From positions 1 to 57,003 of the forward strand of contig DF237527.1 of NCBI GenBank assembly GCA_000708835.1: 57,003 nucleotides of DNA, given 5' to 3'. Source of the stretch: Klebsormidium nitens. Taxonomy: Eukaryota > Plantae > Klebsormidiophyceae. Every line of letters begins with the position of its first letter. Position 1 is the first letter of the stretch. Below are positions 10,301 to 21,445 of this stretch, in pieces. A model generated the notes under the pieces. It saw only the letters and a program-made list of their open reading frames with translations. It made no database searches and was not told where the DNA came from. Both the position numbers and the translations under genes were made by a program.

Positions 10301-12609
10301 GCCCCTGATGTTGACACCCCATGTACTTCAATCTGGGAGCAAACAATATGACGGAGTGGTGAGCAACTATCAAAGCTGGTCACGAGGAAAACCTAGCCTG
10401 GCTCCTTTACGAGATTCTCAAGAAGCGGCCGAACAGGTAGAGTGAGACGAATGCCAGGGAAAATTCACACCTCGTTCTTCTACTGCCATTAAATGGTTTC
10501 ACTCGACAAGCAAGCTCACCCGACAAGCAAGCTTTTGTCTAGGATGAAGGAGGGGAAATCTTCTACAGCCATGTGGGCTGGGAGGAGTACCTCAACTCGC
10601 ACTTTTTGCCATGTGGGAAATGAAGTGCGCGGGACGGTCAAGTGAAAGGGGGCGACAGGGGCTTGAATAAAGTTGAGGGCCATATCATTCCGGGAATGCC
10701 CCTTTTCCGCACAGGAATGCGAGTGCACTCACCGAAGGTGTAGGCTCCGTAGCAGCAGAGCGAAGCTCATCGGCATGATGTGGAGAAGCGGGGAAAGGGT
10801 CCGTGTTCTGCACAACAGGAAGGAGGCGAGGGACTTAGGGGCAAGCGGCATGGATATGAGGCAACTGTAGACGACGAAAAACCATTGCGATGCAACTAAG
10901 AGGCTCGGAGTAGCCGATTGAAATCCGAGAGCAGCAACCCGTTTGCTTTTCTAAATCTTTCTGGACAAGAACCTAGGACACCAAATAGGCACCTTTTCAA
11001 GGACGTTTACCTTGCAGCACTTCCAAGTGCGTCAAGGACACTGCCTAGATCCAGCGCAGACAGTGGCTCATCGAGTCCCCAGCTTCGAGATTCAGTAAAT
11101 AGTCCGACTCACATGTAGCTCCCCAGCAGCGGACCCTGTGAACTGCTGGCACACATCATCACCATCGCCTGTTGCCACGCCAGGTTCCTGCACACGAGGA
11201 CACGCATTTGATGAGAGTTGAGCAAACCCCTTTCGCATATGGTGACACCTTGCCAATGGAGAGAGACTCGATGTTTGCACCAATGATGATGTGTGGACTG
11301 TTCAGAAACCAGAGACAAGAGGTAAAACATCATCGGCTTTGAATAATGCAGGGTGTGGTCGGGCTTGCTTGTGGCCTACACCTTGCAGATGGCAAAAGAC
11401 TAGTTCCTTAGAACTAATGATAAGGTGTGGACCAGATGTGAACCAGAGGCGGGCACGTTCTTTTTGGAGGGGCTCGCTTATGGCCTACACCTTGCAGATG
11501 GCAAAAGACTGGTTTCCTTATTTCCAATGACAAGGTGTAGACCGAAGGCGCATGCATATCATAGCCATCCGGCTCAGACTCGAGCTTGCGTCCAACAGGC
11601 CGGTGCGGTGATACGAGTGTGTGTTGGATTGGCCGCCCTTGGTGGAGGAGTTCAAAGAGGATGGCGGCTTCGAGGACAGGGATCAGAGCTCAGTCACTCC
11701 CTACGTGACCGATCTCTTGGAGGCGGATCCTGAAGGCCTTCAACAAGCCTAAACACAAGGAGGAAGAGGATCTCTTTGGACTTTGCGCATACACAGAGAA
11801 TGTGATGCCTGATCAGATCAGTCATCAATGCGTTTTTCGAGCAGTTGAAACTTACATCTTCGAGGGAAGGCTCGTTTCGGTTTGGGGTTATGCTGGGTTG
11901 GTCAGCATCCACAACAGAGGACGGCCTTGCTGCGCGGCTGACAACTTCAACGGCAATCCCTCGGAGCGATTGGCGCACGTCCTGCCCCCCCTCGAGTTCC
12001 TGCGAAGCGCACTTCAGAATCAAAAACTCGCTTTCGAGCCTACCCTCGTCCCTCAAGAGCCACTTGCCTTGGCCCACACCTTGCAGATGGCAAAGAATGG
12101 GTTCCTTATTCCACGGACAAGGTGCGGATCGGGGCCGCCTAAACCTTGCAGAATGCACATACAGAGTGTGGATGAAAGGCGGGACACGTGCTCATCGTCG
12201 ATCTTGCCGATTGCTGTGTGGTCGGGCTCGCTTATGGCCTACACATTGCAGATGCCGAAAAGGTGAATTCCTAATTTCCAATGACAAGGTGTAGACCAAG
12301 TTCTCAAAAGGGAGAGACGGGCCCTCACCCACCATCAGCGCTGTCGATCGAGCTTTCATCGCATGGTTCAGCCAGGCTTTGTAAGCTCAGGTCAAGCGAA
12401 GAGTCTGGCGAAATCGTATGCCTTTGTGCACGATCCGAACTTACATCTCCAACTGAAGCGCAGGTCGCGAGTCGAGAACGCGGATCGAAGTTGGGAGCGG
12501 CGCTGGGCTCGCCAGCTTCTGCAACGGAAGACCGGCTTGATGCGTCACTGGAATTCTCGGCAGGGGTCCCTTGGAGCCGCTGTCGCGCATCCTGGCGCCT
12601 CTCGAGTTC
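7354..12609 (-). repeat. Five paralogous phase-0/phase-0 exons (7518-7354, 8019-7843, 8647-8483, 11999-11856, 12609-12445)
   Basis: Each starts after gcag and ends at GTAAGT. Lengths are 165, 177, 165, 144 and 165 nt, all multiples of 3. The peptides are related (xEGxQDxRQxL...AGxPS..PNxNxP...ASxED). Confidence 0.8.
8723..9027. repeat. 122-bp tandem array built on the hairpin unit (2.5 copies)
   Basis: Hairpins start at 8723, 8845 and 8967. The conserved linker is AGGCAGGGCACGTGCCTGCCATCGAATAGCCAA...GGCTCGCTT. Confidence 0.9.
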
Positions 12610-13409
12610 CTGCGTAAAGTGCACACGGGATTTGCACTCGCATCCGATCCTACCCTCATACCGGACAAGGTGTGGACCGGAGGCGGGGCACGTGCCTACA
12701 GTCGAATAGCCGACCGCTGTATGGTCGGGCTGGCTTATGGCCTACACCTTGCAAGTGGCAAAAGGCTGGGTTCCTTATTTCTGATGACAAGGTGTGGACC
12801 GGAGGCGGGGGGGGGGTGCGCGCCCACCATGCGCGCCGCATGTGCGTCCGAGTCTGACCCAACATGTCGGACCCAAGCCTGACACTGATCTGCTTGACCC
12901 TGCATGCCTAACCTCTCATGATTGCCTTGACCCCCACATGGCCCTGCATCCCAAAACCGCAAACTTGACTGTTGACAAATCCATGTAAGCCTCTCACAAC
13001 CCAGCACATGCGTTCTCTGGTAACTGTCAGCCTCACCTCAGCATGCCTAAGCGCTTCCCGTGGGCTGTGCTGGATGGACTGCCGCACTGCCGTTATGAAA
13101 CGCCTGAAAAAATTGGAAGCATCTGGGTGAAAACCTGGGCAAGTATCATGACATCTCAGACGGTTTGCTGTCATGAGGACGTTTCTGCAGCTAATCAGTC
13201 GACCTGCACCCGCTCGCACGGACACGAAAGAGACATTCAGGAGCAGAGGCTCACTCGCCACCCTGCTGGTCCTCTTCGCCGACTTCGGGCACCGTCACGT
13301 CCACGCGCGAGCGCTCCCGCACAGTCTCGGCCGCGGCTGCCACTTGGGCGCATTGATTTCCCCCTCCCTGCGCCTCGGGCATCCGCCGGGCCGTCGTCTG
13401 CGAGACGAG

Positions 13410-13556
13410 CGAGTGCGTGTTTCCGTCCGATCTCAAAGGTGGCAGGTGTTTATGCCCATCTTAACGATTCTTAACATCACCACCGAGTGCGTGTTTCCGT
13501 CCGATCTCAAAGGTGGCAGGTGTTTATGCCCATCTTAACGATTCTTAACATCACCA
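13410..13556. repeat. Perfect 73-bp tandem duplication (period 74)
   Basis: CGAGTGCGTGTTTCCGTCCGATCTCAAAGG...TTAACATCACCA at 13410-13482 and 13484-13556. It is single-copy in the paralogous segment (~9650). Confidence 0.9.
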
Positions 13557-15139
13557 TCGAATCCAGGTGAACGGCAGAAAGCAAATGCGCATTTTCCAAA
13601 GAGATGAGCGCGGGAGGCGGCGAGGGATTCCAACCACGAAGCAAAGATGAACGCAAGCCAGAGCACTGACAAATCCGCCAGCAAGGGCTGTAAGCGGCAC
13701 TCCGAGATTTAGCCGAAAGGTTCGCACCTCTTGCCCGTTTGGATGGGGCCTCAATCCCTCCAAAGTTCGGAAGTGAGCCTCACGAGCCGCCTGAATGTCC
13801 ACCCGAGCCGCCTCGTCCATCGGGGCAGGAATCGGCTTCTCACGCTTGCTGTGGGTGGCACGCTTGCTGTGGGTGAAGGGAGAAGAAGGATCCAAGTTAG
13901 TGACGGGCCAAAGCTCCTCAGCCACAGGCCTGTTACCCTTGCAAAAAGCCGCCTGCATAAGTTCTCTACGTTTGCACCAGGTCCCAATGTCGACTGAAGA
14001 TGCCTCTGTATGCTCAGTGACCCGATCAGACTGAATCCTAACCAGGATCACTGGCAAAAGTCGAGCCCAAGATGACAAAGGAGGGGACAGCGAGCTTACT
14101 GTGACTTTTTCTTCGCCGGTGGACCAGCCTTTGGCACCGACGATTTTGATCCCCCTGCTGCTTCAACCTGGGGGGAAGCAATCTGGCGGAGGGGTGAGCA
14201 AGTATTGAAGCTGCGCACGACCACTATCACGAATAAGACCTAGGGCTCTTTTATGATTGTCAGAAAGCGGCCGGCCAGGATCCAGCGAAACGTATGCAAG
14301 CAACTGCGCTAAGGAGATCGTTTCGAATCCTAGCCTCCTACTGACAATGAACGGTCTCACCCTAAAAGCGAGCTCTTGTCTGGAACGCCGAAGGAAAGTT
14401 CTACAACCACGCGGGCTGGTTGGCATACCTGACTTTGCACTACTCTGTCATGTGGGGAGTCGGGTTGAGCAGGGCGGTCGAGTGGAATGGGGCGGAAGAG
14501 GCTCGAATGGAGTCGAGGGACATATCATCCTCGAGATGCCCCTTTCCCGCACAGAATGCAAGTGGGCTCACCAAAGGAGTAGGCTCCGCAGCAGCAAAGC
14601 GAGGCTCAACGGCAGGATGCGAAGGAGTGCGAAAAGGGCCCTTGAACTGCACAACAAGAAGGCAGGGGGGTCAGGGGCAGTCGGCGTGGATACGAGGCAA
14701 CTTTAGAGGACGGAATTTTACTTCGATGCATTAGAGAGGCTCGAAGTGGTCAACTGAGATCCGAGAGTAGCAGCGTTATTCGCTTTTCTGAATCTTTCTA
14801 GACAAGAGCTCCAGACACAGACGAGCACCTTTTCGAGCACAATTGACTTTGCGGCACTTCAAGTGCTCCAGAAACTCTGCCTACATATGGCGCATACGAT
14901 GGCTAACCTAGCCTCCGGCATCGAGAATTGGGGAATGCTTCAACTCACGTGTAGCTCCCCAGCAGCGGACCCCGAGAACTGCTGGTTTACATCATGACCA
15001 TTGCCTGTTGCCACGCCAAGCTCCTGCACACATGGACACGCATCTGATGAGCATCGAGCAAACCCCTTTTGCATATGCTCCACACCTTGCAAACGTGGGG
15101 AGACTCCATGTCGGCACCAATGACGGTGCGTGGATGTTG

Positions 15140-15180
15140 AGAGGAGGAGAGAGAAGAGAGAGATAGAGAGAAGAGAAAAG
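15140..15180. repeat. GA-rich polypurine microsatellite
   Basis: gagaggaggagagaagagagagatagagagaagagaaaag. Confidence 0.8.
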
Positions 15181-17511
15181 TGCCCATCCTCGGCTTTGAA
15201 TATCGCAGGATGTGATCGGGCTTGCTTGTGGCCTACACCTTGCAGATGGCAGAGGCTTAAATTCCTTACTTCCAATGACAAGGTCTAGACCCGATTGTCG
15301 AGAAGATGCGTGATGCATGACCATCTTCTGCCCTGAGAGTTGTGGGTTGTGGACCGCGGGGGTGTGGTCCGGCTTTTATTGTGGCCTACACCTTGCATAT
15401 GGCAGAAGCCTGGATTCCTTATTTCTAATGGCAAGGTGTAGACCAGCAGCGGGGGCTTCCCGCTCAGCCTGGACTCCATTCGCAAGCTCAACAGAAAAGG
15501 CCACACAAGGATCGTGTTCTGTAAAAGAACGGACTGCCTGATTCATGGATTTTGCAGGGCACAAGAGTTCCTCAAGCGTACCAACGAGCGGCTCACAGGT
15601 GAGACTGGCTGCAGCGTGGGCACGTGCTTCTCCTCCGCCCCCTCTGACTCTTGAGAAAGGACTGTGCGGCGTCGCTTCCTCGCGAGCGCCCGTCCTGTTA
15701 ACACCAGCCCACCAATGTCCTCCTCGAGACAAGCTTCTTCTGGGCAGCGCGCGCCTTCCCCTTGGAAGGACTGCGAAGCCAAGACGCAAGAAGACTGACT
15801 GCTGTGGACTTCAGCCCACGATCAATCTGAATGTTAGCGCCTTTCTGAAGAGAATTCAAGGTTGCTTCAGCATGCATGTGCTGCAGCTGAATTGGGTGCC
15901 TTAGCGGCGCACCAACTTCAGCAATCGAACGGAGTCGCAGCGAGACAGATTGCGCTGACATCATGAGTATCACGTTTCGCAGCTTTTTGCCATCCAATTC
16001 TCACCTTGCGTTTGCGTTTGAGAGACGGTGATACAGAGACCGGCTTTCCGAAAGCGCTGTCGGTAGACCAATTGGCAAATGGAGAGGTGGGTGAATCACC
16101 CTGTACAGCACAGCAAACGCCGAAGTGAGAGAGCAGAAGACACCACTTTTGCATAAAACTGTCGCAACTGATTAGTAGAGACCCTGGTGCAAACTTCAGA
16201 CACAGACTTTCAAGACAACATGGTGCGTGCAGGTCATTGGCAGGGGCCCGAGTGCCCGCTGGACTGACTTGATACTGACCTCATTGTTGAGAGCCCTGTA
16301 GAAGCTTGGACCTTGTATGCCGTCAGAATCTTGATCGTCGAAGAACCCTTGTAGTGACTGTCCAGACTGAGAACCATCAACGGATCGATTAGCGTACTCA
16401 GCACCTTCGATGTCCTCTGCTTGAGTCCCTTCTGATTCTGACACATCACTGTACACAAGAGCAGAATGACTGTGAGCATCCCAGCCTGCACCAGACATGA
16501 GTGCATTCCAAAAACCAGGCAGGACGTCGCAACAAGTTCCCGCGCTGATCCTGCAACTCTGCAAGTCTGCAAGTCTATTGGAAATTGACCAGAATTGACG
16601 TCATTGGACCTCTTGAGCACACATGCCTTTGCAGTCACCCTACCCAACTCCCCGTTCCCGATTCTGAGCACAACTTCCTTCCAGCCCAGTGCTGTCCCAG
16701 AAGAGCACTCACCTATCCCAAGGCAGGCGCATGTCGGAAGACATGGCAGCTCAGCTGGCGTACGCAGCCAGCCTTTTAGCACCCAGAGCTCAGTCAGGTT
16801 TCACAGCCTGATCAGCTTCAGCTGCTGGTCGTCAGCACCAAGTCTGCGCTTCACAGGGTTGACCTAGCTTCACCTTACTACAGGAAGTCTCAGTGGCATG
16901 AAACTCCTACCATAAAGGCAGGCAGTACTGAGTCACGAAAGGAGCAACGACTGCAGGTGGCGTGTCCGCAGGCAAACCCGCATGTCGTTTGGAAAGCTGG
17001 GAGAGGGTTGAGAAGGAAGCTGAGGGTTTCCAGGAAAGCTCATCTGCAAATGAAAGGATTGAGCGAGAGATTGACTCTTTATATCCCATGGGCAGGTAAG
17101 TTCAGTCGAACACTGTGCATGATCCAGTAAAGCTGCAACCTCTGCTTTGTTGGTAGGCTTCTGCGTCGGCAGAAGCTTCCAATCCCTTCCAGATTGAAGC
17201 TTCTGCTGCACTGGCCTTGTCAGAGCCTGACTCAGACTGCTGAGTCAAGCAGAACTTTCGCCTTGTACTGAACCCTAGCCGGCCTTGGCATGGCGCACCC
17301 AAGACTCGGACGCACCAAGGTTCCCGCCATTTTGCTGCCAGCTGGACTCGGACGCGAAGAAAGTTCAGCAAAGCCTGTCTTCTTGTTCGCACAGCCTTGA
17401 GCGCGCGCTGCTCGCGAAGGGTCGTTCGGGCGACGAAACCTTCTGGACATCTTTAGTGCGGTGGCAGGCGCCGCCTCCACTGGTCTCTGTGGGACGTCAC
17501 CGGTAAGGTGA

Positions 17512-20500
17512 ATGGCGTCTGCCGCAGTGCTCTTTAAAGTGGCTGGGGCAAAATTCGTATGTTCGCGCGGGCAGGCAGACATCGCCCCTGCAACGCCCCA
17601 GCGATTTGCTTTCGGGACACTTCGTCCATCTCTGTATGAGGGATTGAGGCTGGGCCGTTTTCATACCGACTACAGGGTGGGGTCAGGATTGAGGCGCTTC
17701 TTGCCAAGGGCAGAGATTCCCCAGGAGGGAGCAGAGTCTCCCGGAAGTTCCAACTTGGTTGACAGCGTGCCTCAGGCTGAACAGGTCAAGGATGAGGCAC
17801 AGGCTCTCAAGTCGAGCATCAAGCGTGTGGAGAAGGAGATTGACGATGTGGAGAACCAGATTAAGATTGCTGCGGCTGCAGGCAAGAACACAGATTTCTT
17901 GCAGCAGAAGGAGGTCGCGCTGCGGCAGAAGGAGGCCGCGCTGGAGCAGCGACTGACCGCGCTCGCACAGGCGGAGGTGGAAAAATTGAAGCTGCAGCAG
18001 ACACCAGGTACATCTCCCGTCCTCTTACGCATGGAGAGCTGTCTCCTTGAAGCAGCCCGGCAAATTAGCGCATAGATGTGAATAAGACCATGAGCAGCAT
18101 TCTGCTGCCAACGTTGTGCTGCAGGCAATTCCCCTGCTGCTTGTCGATGTTTCGCAAAGAGAGTGGTAGGGCACACCGCACAGAGGGTTTCTATTTGTCT
18201 TTGCCTGCAGTTCAGGAGTCTGCTCAATGAGCCATGGTAACCTGTCTCGATTGTTGCTGCTTAAGAAGGGTTTTTGTATCTGTGTTTGCCTGAGGTTGGT
18301 GTGTTGCTCTGTGAGTCATGGCACTTGCAGACGGAAAGGTTTTGCGGTGCAGAGAAACTACTTCAACCTCATAGCCTGCTCAGCAGTTACAGTTGGCTTA
18401 TCCAGTGACTGCATGTGGAATGCTAACAGATAGCTTCTGTCGTGTGCAGCGGCGGGGGTTCCAGACCCTGCAGTCTTGGGTAAGTCTCTGTACCTGTCTC
18501 CACCGGTCGGCGCTGTGTGCCGAAGCGCTTGTCGCACCTGTCAGCATCGTTTTCTGACTGGTGTAGAGTTCCTGCATTGGCGTAATCCAGGTTCTGCCAC
18601 TGGGCAGTGCCCACCACAAAGGCGACTCGCTTCGTGGAGGGCTGGTGTGAAGTTTCTTGCATCCGAACGAGAGTGTCTAATCTGCCGGTGGTCAGCTTCC
18701 ACCACAACGATGGTCTGCTTCTTCTTCCAGAGAGGCTCCAGAAGTACGCTGAGCTCATTGCGCATGCGGACACCGCCAGTGGAGTCATTCAGATTCCGCC
18801 CGAGCTTAGGGAAGGACTGCCACCAGGCCTAAAGGACAGCATTCTAATTCGGGAGTGCTACTGCATGGTGCTGAAGAAGCTCGAGGCTCTTGGGGACGAC
18901 TTTGCGGTTGTCCTGAGTGGCACCCCGGGCATCGGAAAGTCTGCCATTGCTGTCCTCCTACTGCACCACCTGGCAGAGCAGGGGGCACAGGTGGCCTACA
19001 GGTACACTTACACCTCTCTTGGCTGGCCAAATCTGTAACTGCGTGCTCTAACTTGTGTCGCTGAGCACGTTGCTTCTAACAAGGCCTTCCTCAACAAGAG
19101 AGATGCTTCCTTGTTCTGTGCCAACCCTATGTGCCAACTTTATCAATCTGCCTCACAGGTACATGGACACCATCAACAAGGACACCATAATCTTCTTCGA
19201 TTTCTCCAATCCGTCTGCGATCGACGTCAAACAGGCCTCGGAAGGCGATGCTGACTGGCGATCCCTTCGAGGTAAGCAAACAGGTGTCATGATATTGCAA
19301 CTGTGAAACCCTTGTTTGGCATCCAAGTGTAATTGGCTTCTGGCTTCAGATCATTGTAAAGGGCTCATGTTGGTTGATGCTCGATGGGAACACACTTCGC
19401 TTTTGAAACCAGGTGACCGTGTAATCACCTAAAAAAACGCACTCTCTCTGGGTCTTGGCTATTGACGAAGTGGTGTGTGACCGGGCTCTGCTCGCGTTCA
19501 CCAGCACTGATTAGCCAGAGATAGCAATGATTGTCCTCTCTGGCTACAGCTCTCTGCAAGCGCTCTTCTGTCTGGCTAGTACAAGATGGACGAGCTCCCC
19601 GCGAGACGCAGTTCCCGGGTGAAGGCCGCTGGGTGGTGCTGTGCTCGCCAAATGCAGACAATTATGCGGAGTTCGTCAAGGGGAAGTAAGTATTTGGACC
19701 GAAGTCGACAGATGCTCTAAAGCGATTGCTTCATGGACAGAGAGATGTGGGACCTCATTGTGGTCTAGGATTTGAGATCTTGCCCGAGCCCGCAAAGCTG
19801 ATTTTCCTTGCTGCTCGTTCCTTCATCTTATGCTGTTCTCTTATAGGTCGATTGAATCCTGGCTGCATGTCTTCGGCGGTTGCAGCCCTGGCAGGATGTT
19901 ACTAGATCCTCTCAGGTTTTCTGATCACTTGAAGTTTCGCTGGCCTACACCTGCGTCTCTCATCAAGTCATCGGGCATAGACAGACTTCCACCCCGTCTG
20001 ACCCCTTGCTCTTGCCACAGCAGGCACTTTGCTTCTGTGACCTGCTCTCAATCTGCATTAATGTCGCAGGCACGCTGAAGTCTGGTGGCTCCCTGTGTGG
20101 ACGCTAGATGAGTTGCTGGACTGCCGGCAGCGCCTCTACCCTCACGTGTCGCAAAAGCAGACGGAGGATCGGTTCGAGCAGTTTGGCGGGGTCGTCAGGA
20201 GCGTCTTGGCGGACCCCGGCCGATCGTTTGAGCGTCTTGCGAGGTCGCTCTCAGCTTTGGAGGCGGTGAACCTGTATCGCCTTGGCGCAGCAGCTTTGAA
20301 GAGCGCCATGAGGCACGCATTTGCGCACATTGAAGTGAGTCACCTTGAGGCAAAGGAGGGTCGACTGAAAGCCGACCATTCAGAAGTCGGCTTGGTCTTT
20401 GTTGTGCTCGTGTCTTTCGCCTTGGTTGGCATGCATATTTGCAGTGGAAAGGCAGGTGGCGCAGTTGGCGCAGTGCCTGGCTTTCATAGGTCTCCAGCAT

Positions 20501-21445
20501 GTATACGACGGCATCCACTCACTTGCAGAGGGACAATTAGCGCTTGACCTCCTTGTTCATCTGTCCATGTAGGCGACGAAAGATCTGGAGTTTGACGGGT
20601 TTCGTCTCGGTTCGCCGCGCATCGGGGACCTCGTCTTTCAAAGAGCCAAGGACGGCCGATGGCAGGACCTAGTGGACCTACTGCACGCGGCTGCCAGCAA
20701 TTCTAGGGTCGGCGAGATGTCAGGGTCCTCGTTGGAGGCGTACGGGCATGTGAGGTGCGTCCTGGGCGTAGACCTGGACGACGACGACATCAAGGAGGTG
20801 TTTCGAAAGCGACGCGGCCGGCCTCGGAAGCAGGAGGGAACGAAGGAGGGAGCGAGAGAGGGCGGGGAGGTGTCCGCGAATGACTCGGGTCAGTCGAGAA
20901 AGCGGGAGGAAGCGGTTGAAGAGATCAAAGAGGCGTTCTGGAGCTGCAAGGATTTTGTGTCCGACAGCAAGGAGGAGGGAATGAATCTGGCGGATCTGAA
21001 GCACACGTACCTCCGGCCAACCACAAGAGATCAAGAGTCGTGGGATGGGCTACTTTGCCCCGGTGGCGATTGGATCTATGCTGTCCAGTTCACGCGCAAC
21101 CCCGGGCATGGGATCAGCGCGCAAGGGATTTCGGACCTTCTGAACCGCATCGGAAGAAAGCAGCTTCGAGTAGTCCTTGCGGTTCCAGGAGAGAAGTTTG
21201 ATAACTATGGTTGGCAGCCGTGGACCGGTCCCAAGAGAAAAGGTGTGGATGGGGAGATGGTCATGACAAAAGGCGCTCTTCCAGAGAACGAGGTCCCTCC
21301 CAAGCTGAAGAGCATCAAACAATGGGTGGTTCGTCTGAAGCTGCCTGAAGCGGGGGACGATGTTCCGCGCATCCCCGAAAATATGTTAGTGTTGCCTGAC
21401 AAAGAATTGTCCGATGATGACTTGTCTGACGACTTGTCCAGATAG
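17512..21445 (+). CDS. Crinkler/RHS (CR)-type protein: transit-peptide-like N-terminus, coiled coil, P-loop CR-NTPase, C-terminal PD-(D/E)XK-like REase (~758 aa, 6 exons)
   Basis: Exons 17512-18007, 18608-19001, 19159-19271, 19550-19685, 20070-20334 and 20573-21445; all splice phases match. Motifs: ILIRECY, LSGTPGIGKS, VWLVQDG, VVLCSPN..Y.EF, LPVWTLDELLDCR..LYP, FGGVVRSVL, GSSLEAYGH, and YLRP....SWDGL....YAVQFT....H...LRVVLAVP...F..Y..Q. Confidence 0.8.

Larger units (their letters stand above)
1906..15023 (-). pseudogene. Multi-exon gene encoding repetitive N-terminal exons + PrimPol-like AEP primase + Zn finger + UL9-like SF2 helicase; carries frameshifts and a stop
   Basis: In-phase GT-AG exon chain: 9634-9489, 9343-9277, 8647-8483, 8019-7843, 7518-7354, 6867-5567, 4488-~1906. 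Related exons lie further upstream (11187-11113, 11999-11856, 12609-12445, 15023-14949). Lesions: 1-nt frameshift at ~4387, in-frame TAA at 9924-9926 in an upstream exon, and a probable further shift at ~2100. The 5' limit is uncertain. Confidence 0.7.
4580..15444. repeat. Dispersed ~62-bp inverted-repeat (hairpin) family, consensus GGCCTACACCTTGCARATGGC-n-TTCCTTATTTCCAATGACAAGGTGTRGACC
   Basis: Full copies start at 4580, 4716, 4857, 5008, 5217, 5386, 7590, 7711, 8258, 8723, 8845, 8967, 11373, 11482, 12071, 12236, 12739, 15230 and 15383. Degenerate or half copies occur near 8101, 11245, 12140, 12665 and 15082. All are in the same orientation. Confidence 0.95.
8250..15445. repeat. Diverged segmental duplication: ~8250-11545 similar to ~12230-15445
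   Basis: Co-linear anchors at an offset of ~3.8-4.0 kb: GACCCAACATGTCGGACCCAA (~9085/12856), GCCTCACCTCAGC (9270/13030), ACTCACRTGTAGCTCCCCAGCAGCGGACCC (11107/14943), and hairpin pairs (11373+11482 / 15230+15383). Confidence 0.85.

Noticed and set aside
8967-12800. CTGATGA in two hairpin copies (~9008 and ~12781), suggesting a hammerhead ribozyme or C-box
   Set aside because: Present in only 2 of ~19 copies, with no stem II/GAAA or D-box geometry. It looks like drift from CCAATGA.
4580-15444. Hairpin family as tRNA, SECIS or CRISPR repeats
   Set aside because: No cloverleaf or proper B-box, ATGA lies on the wrong arm for SECIS, spacing is irregular and the linkers are homologous to each other.
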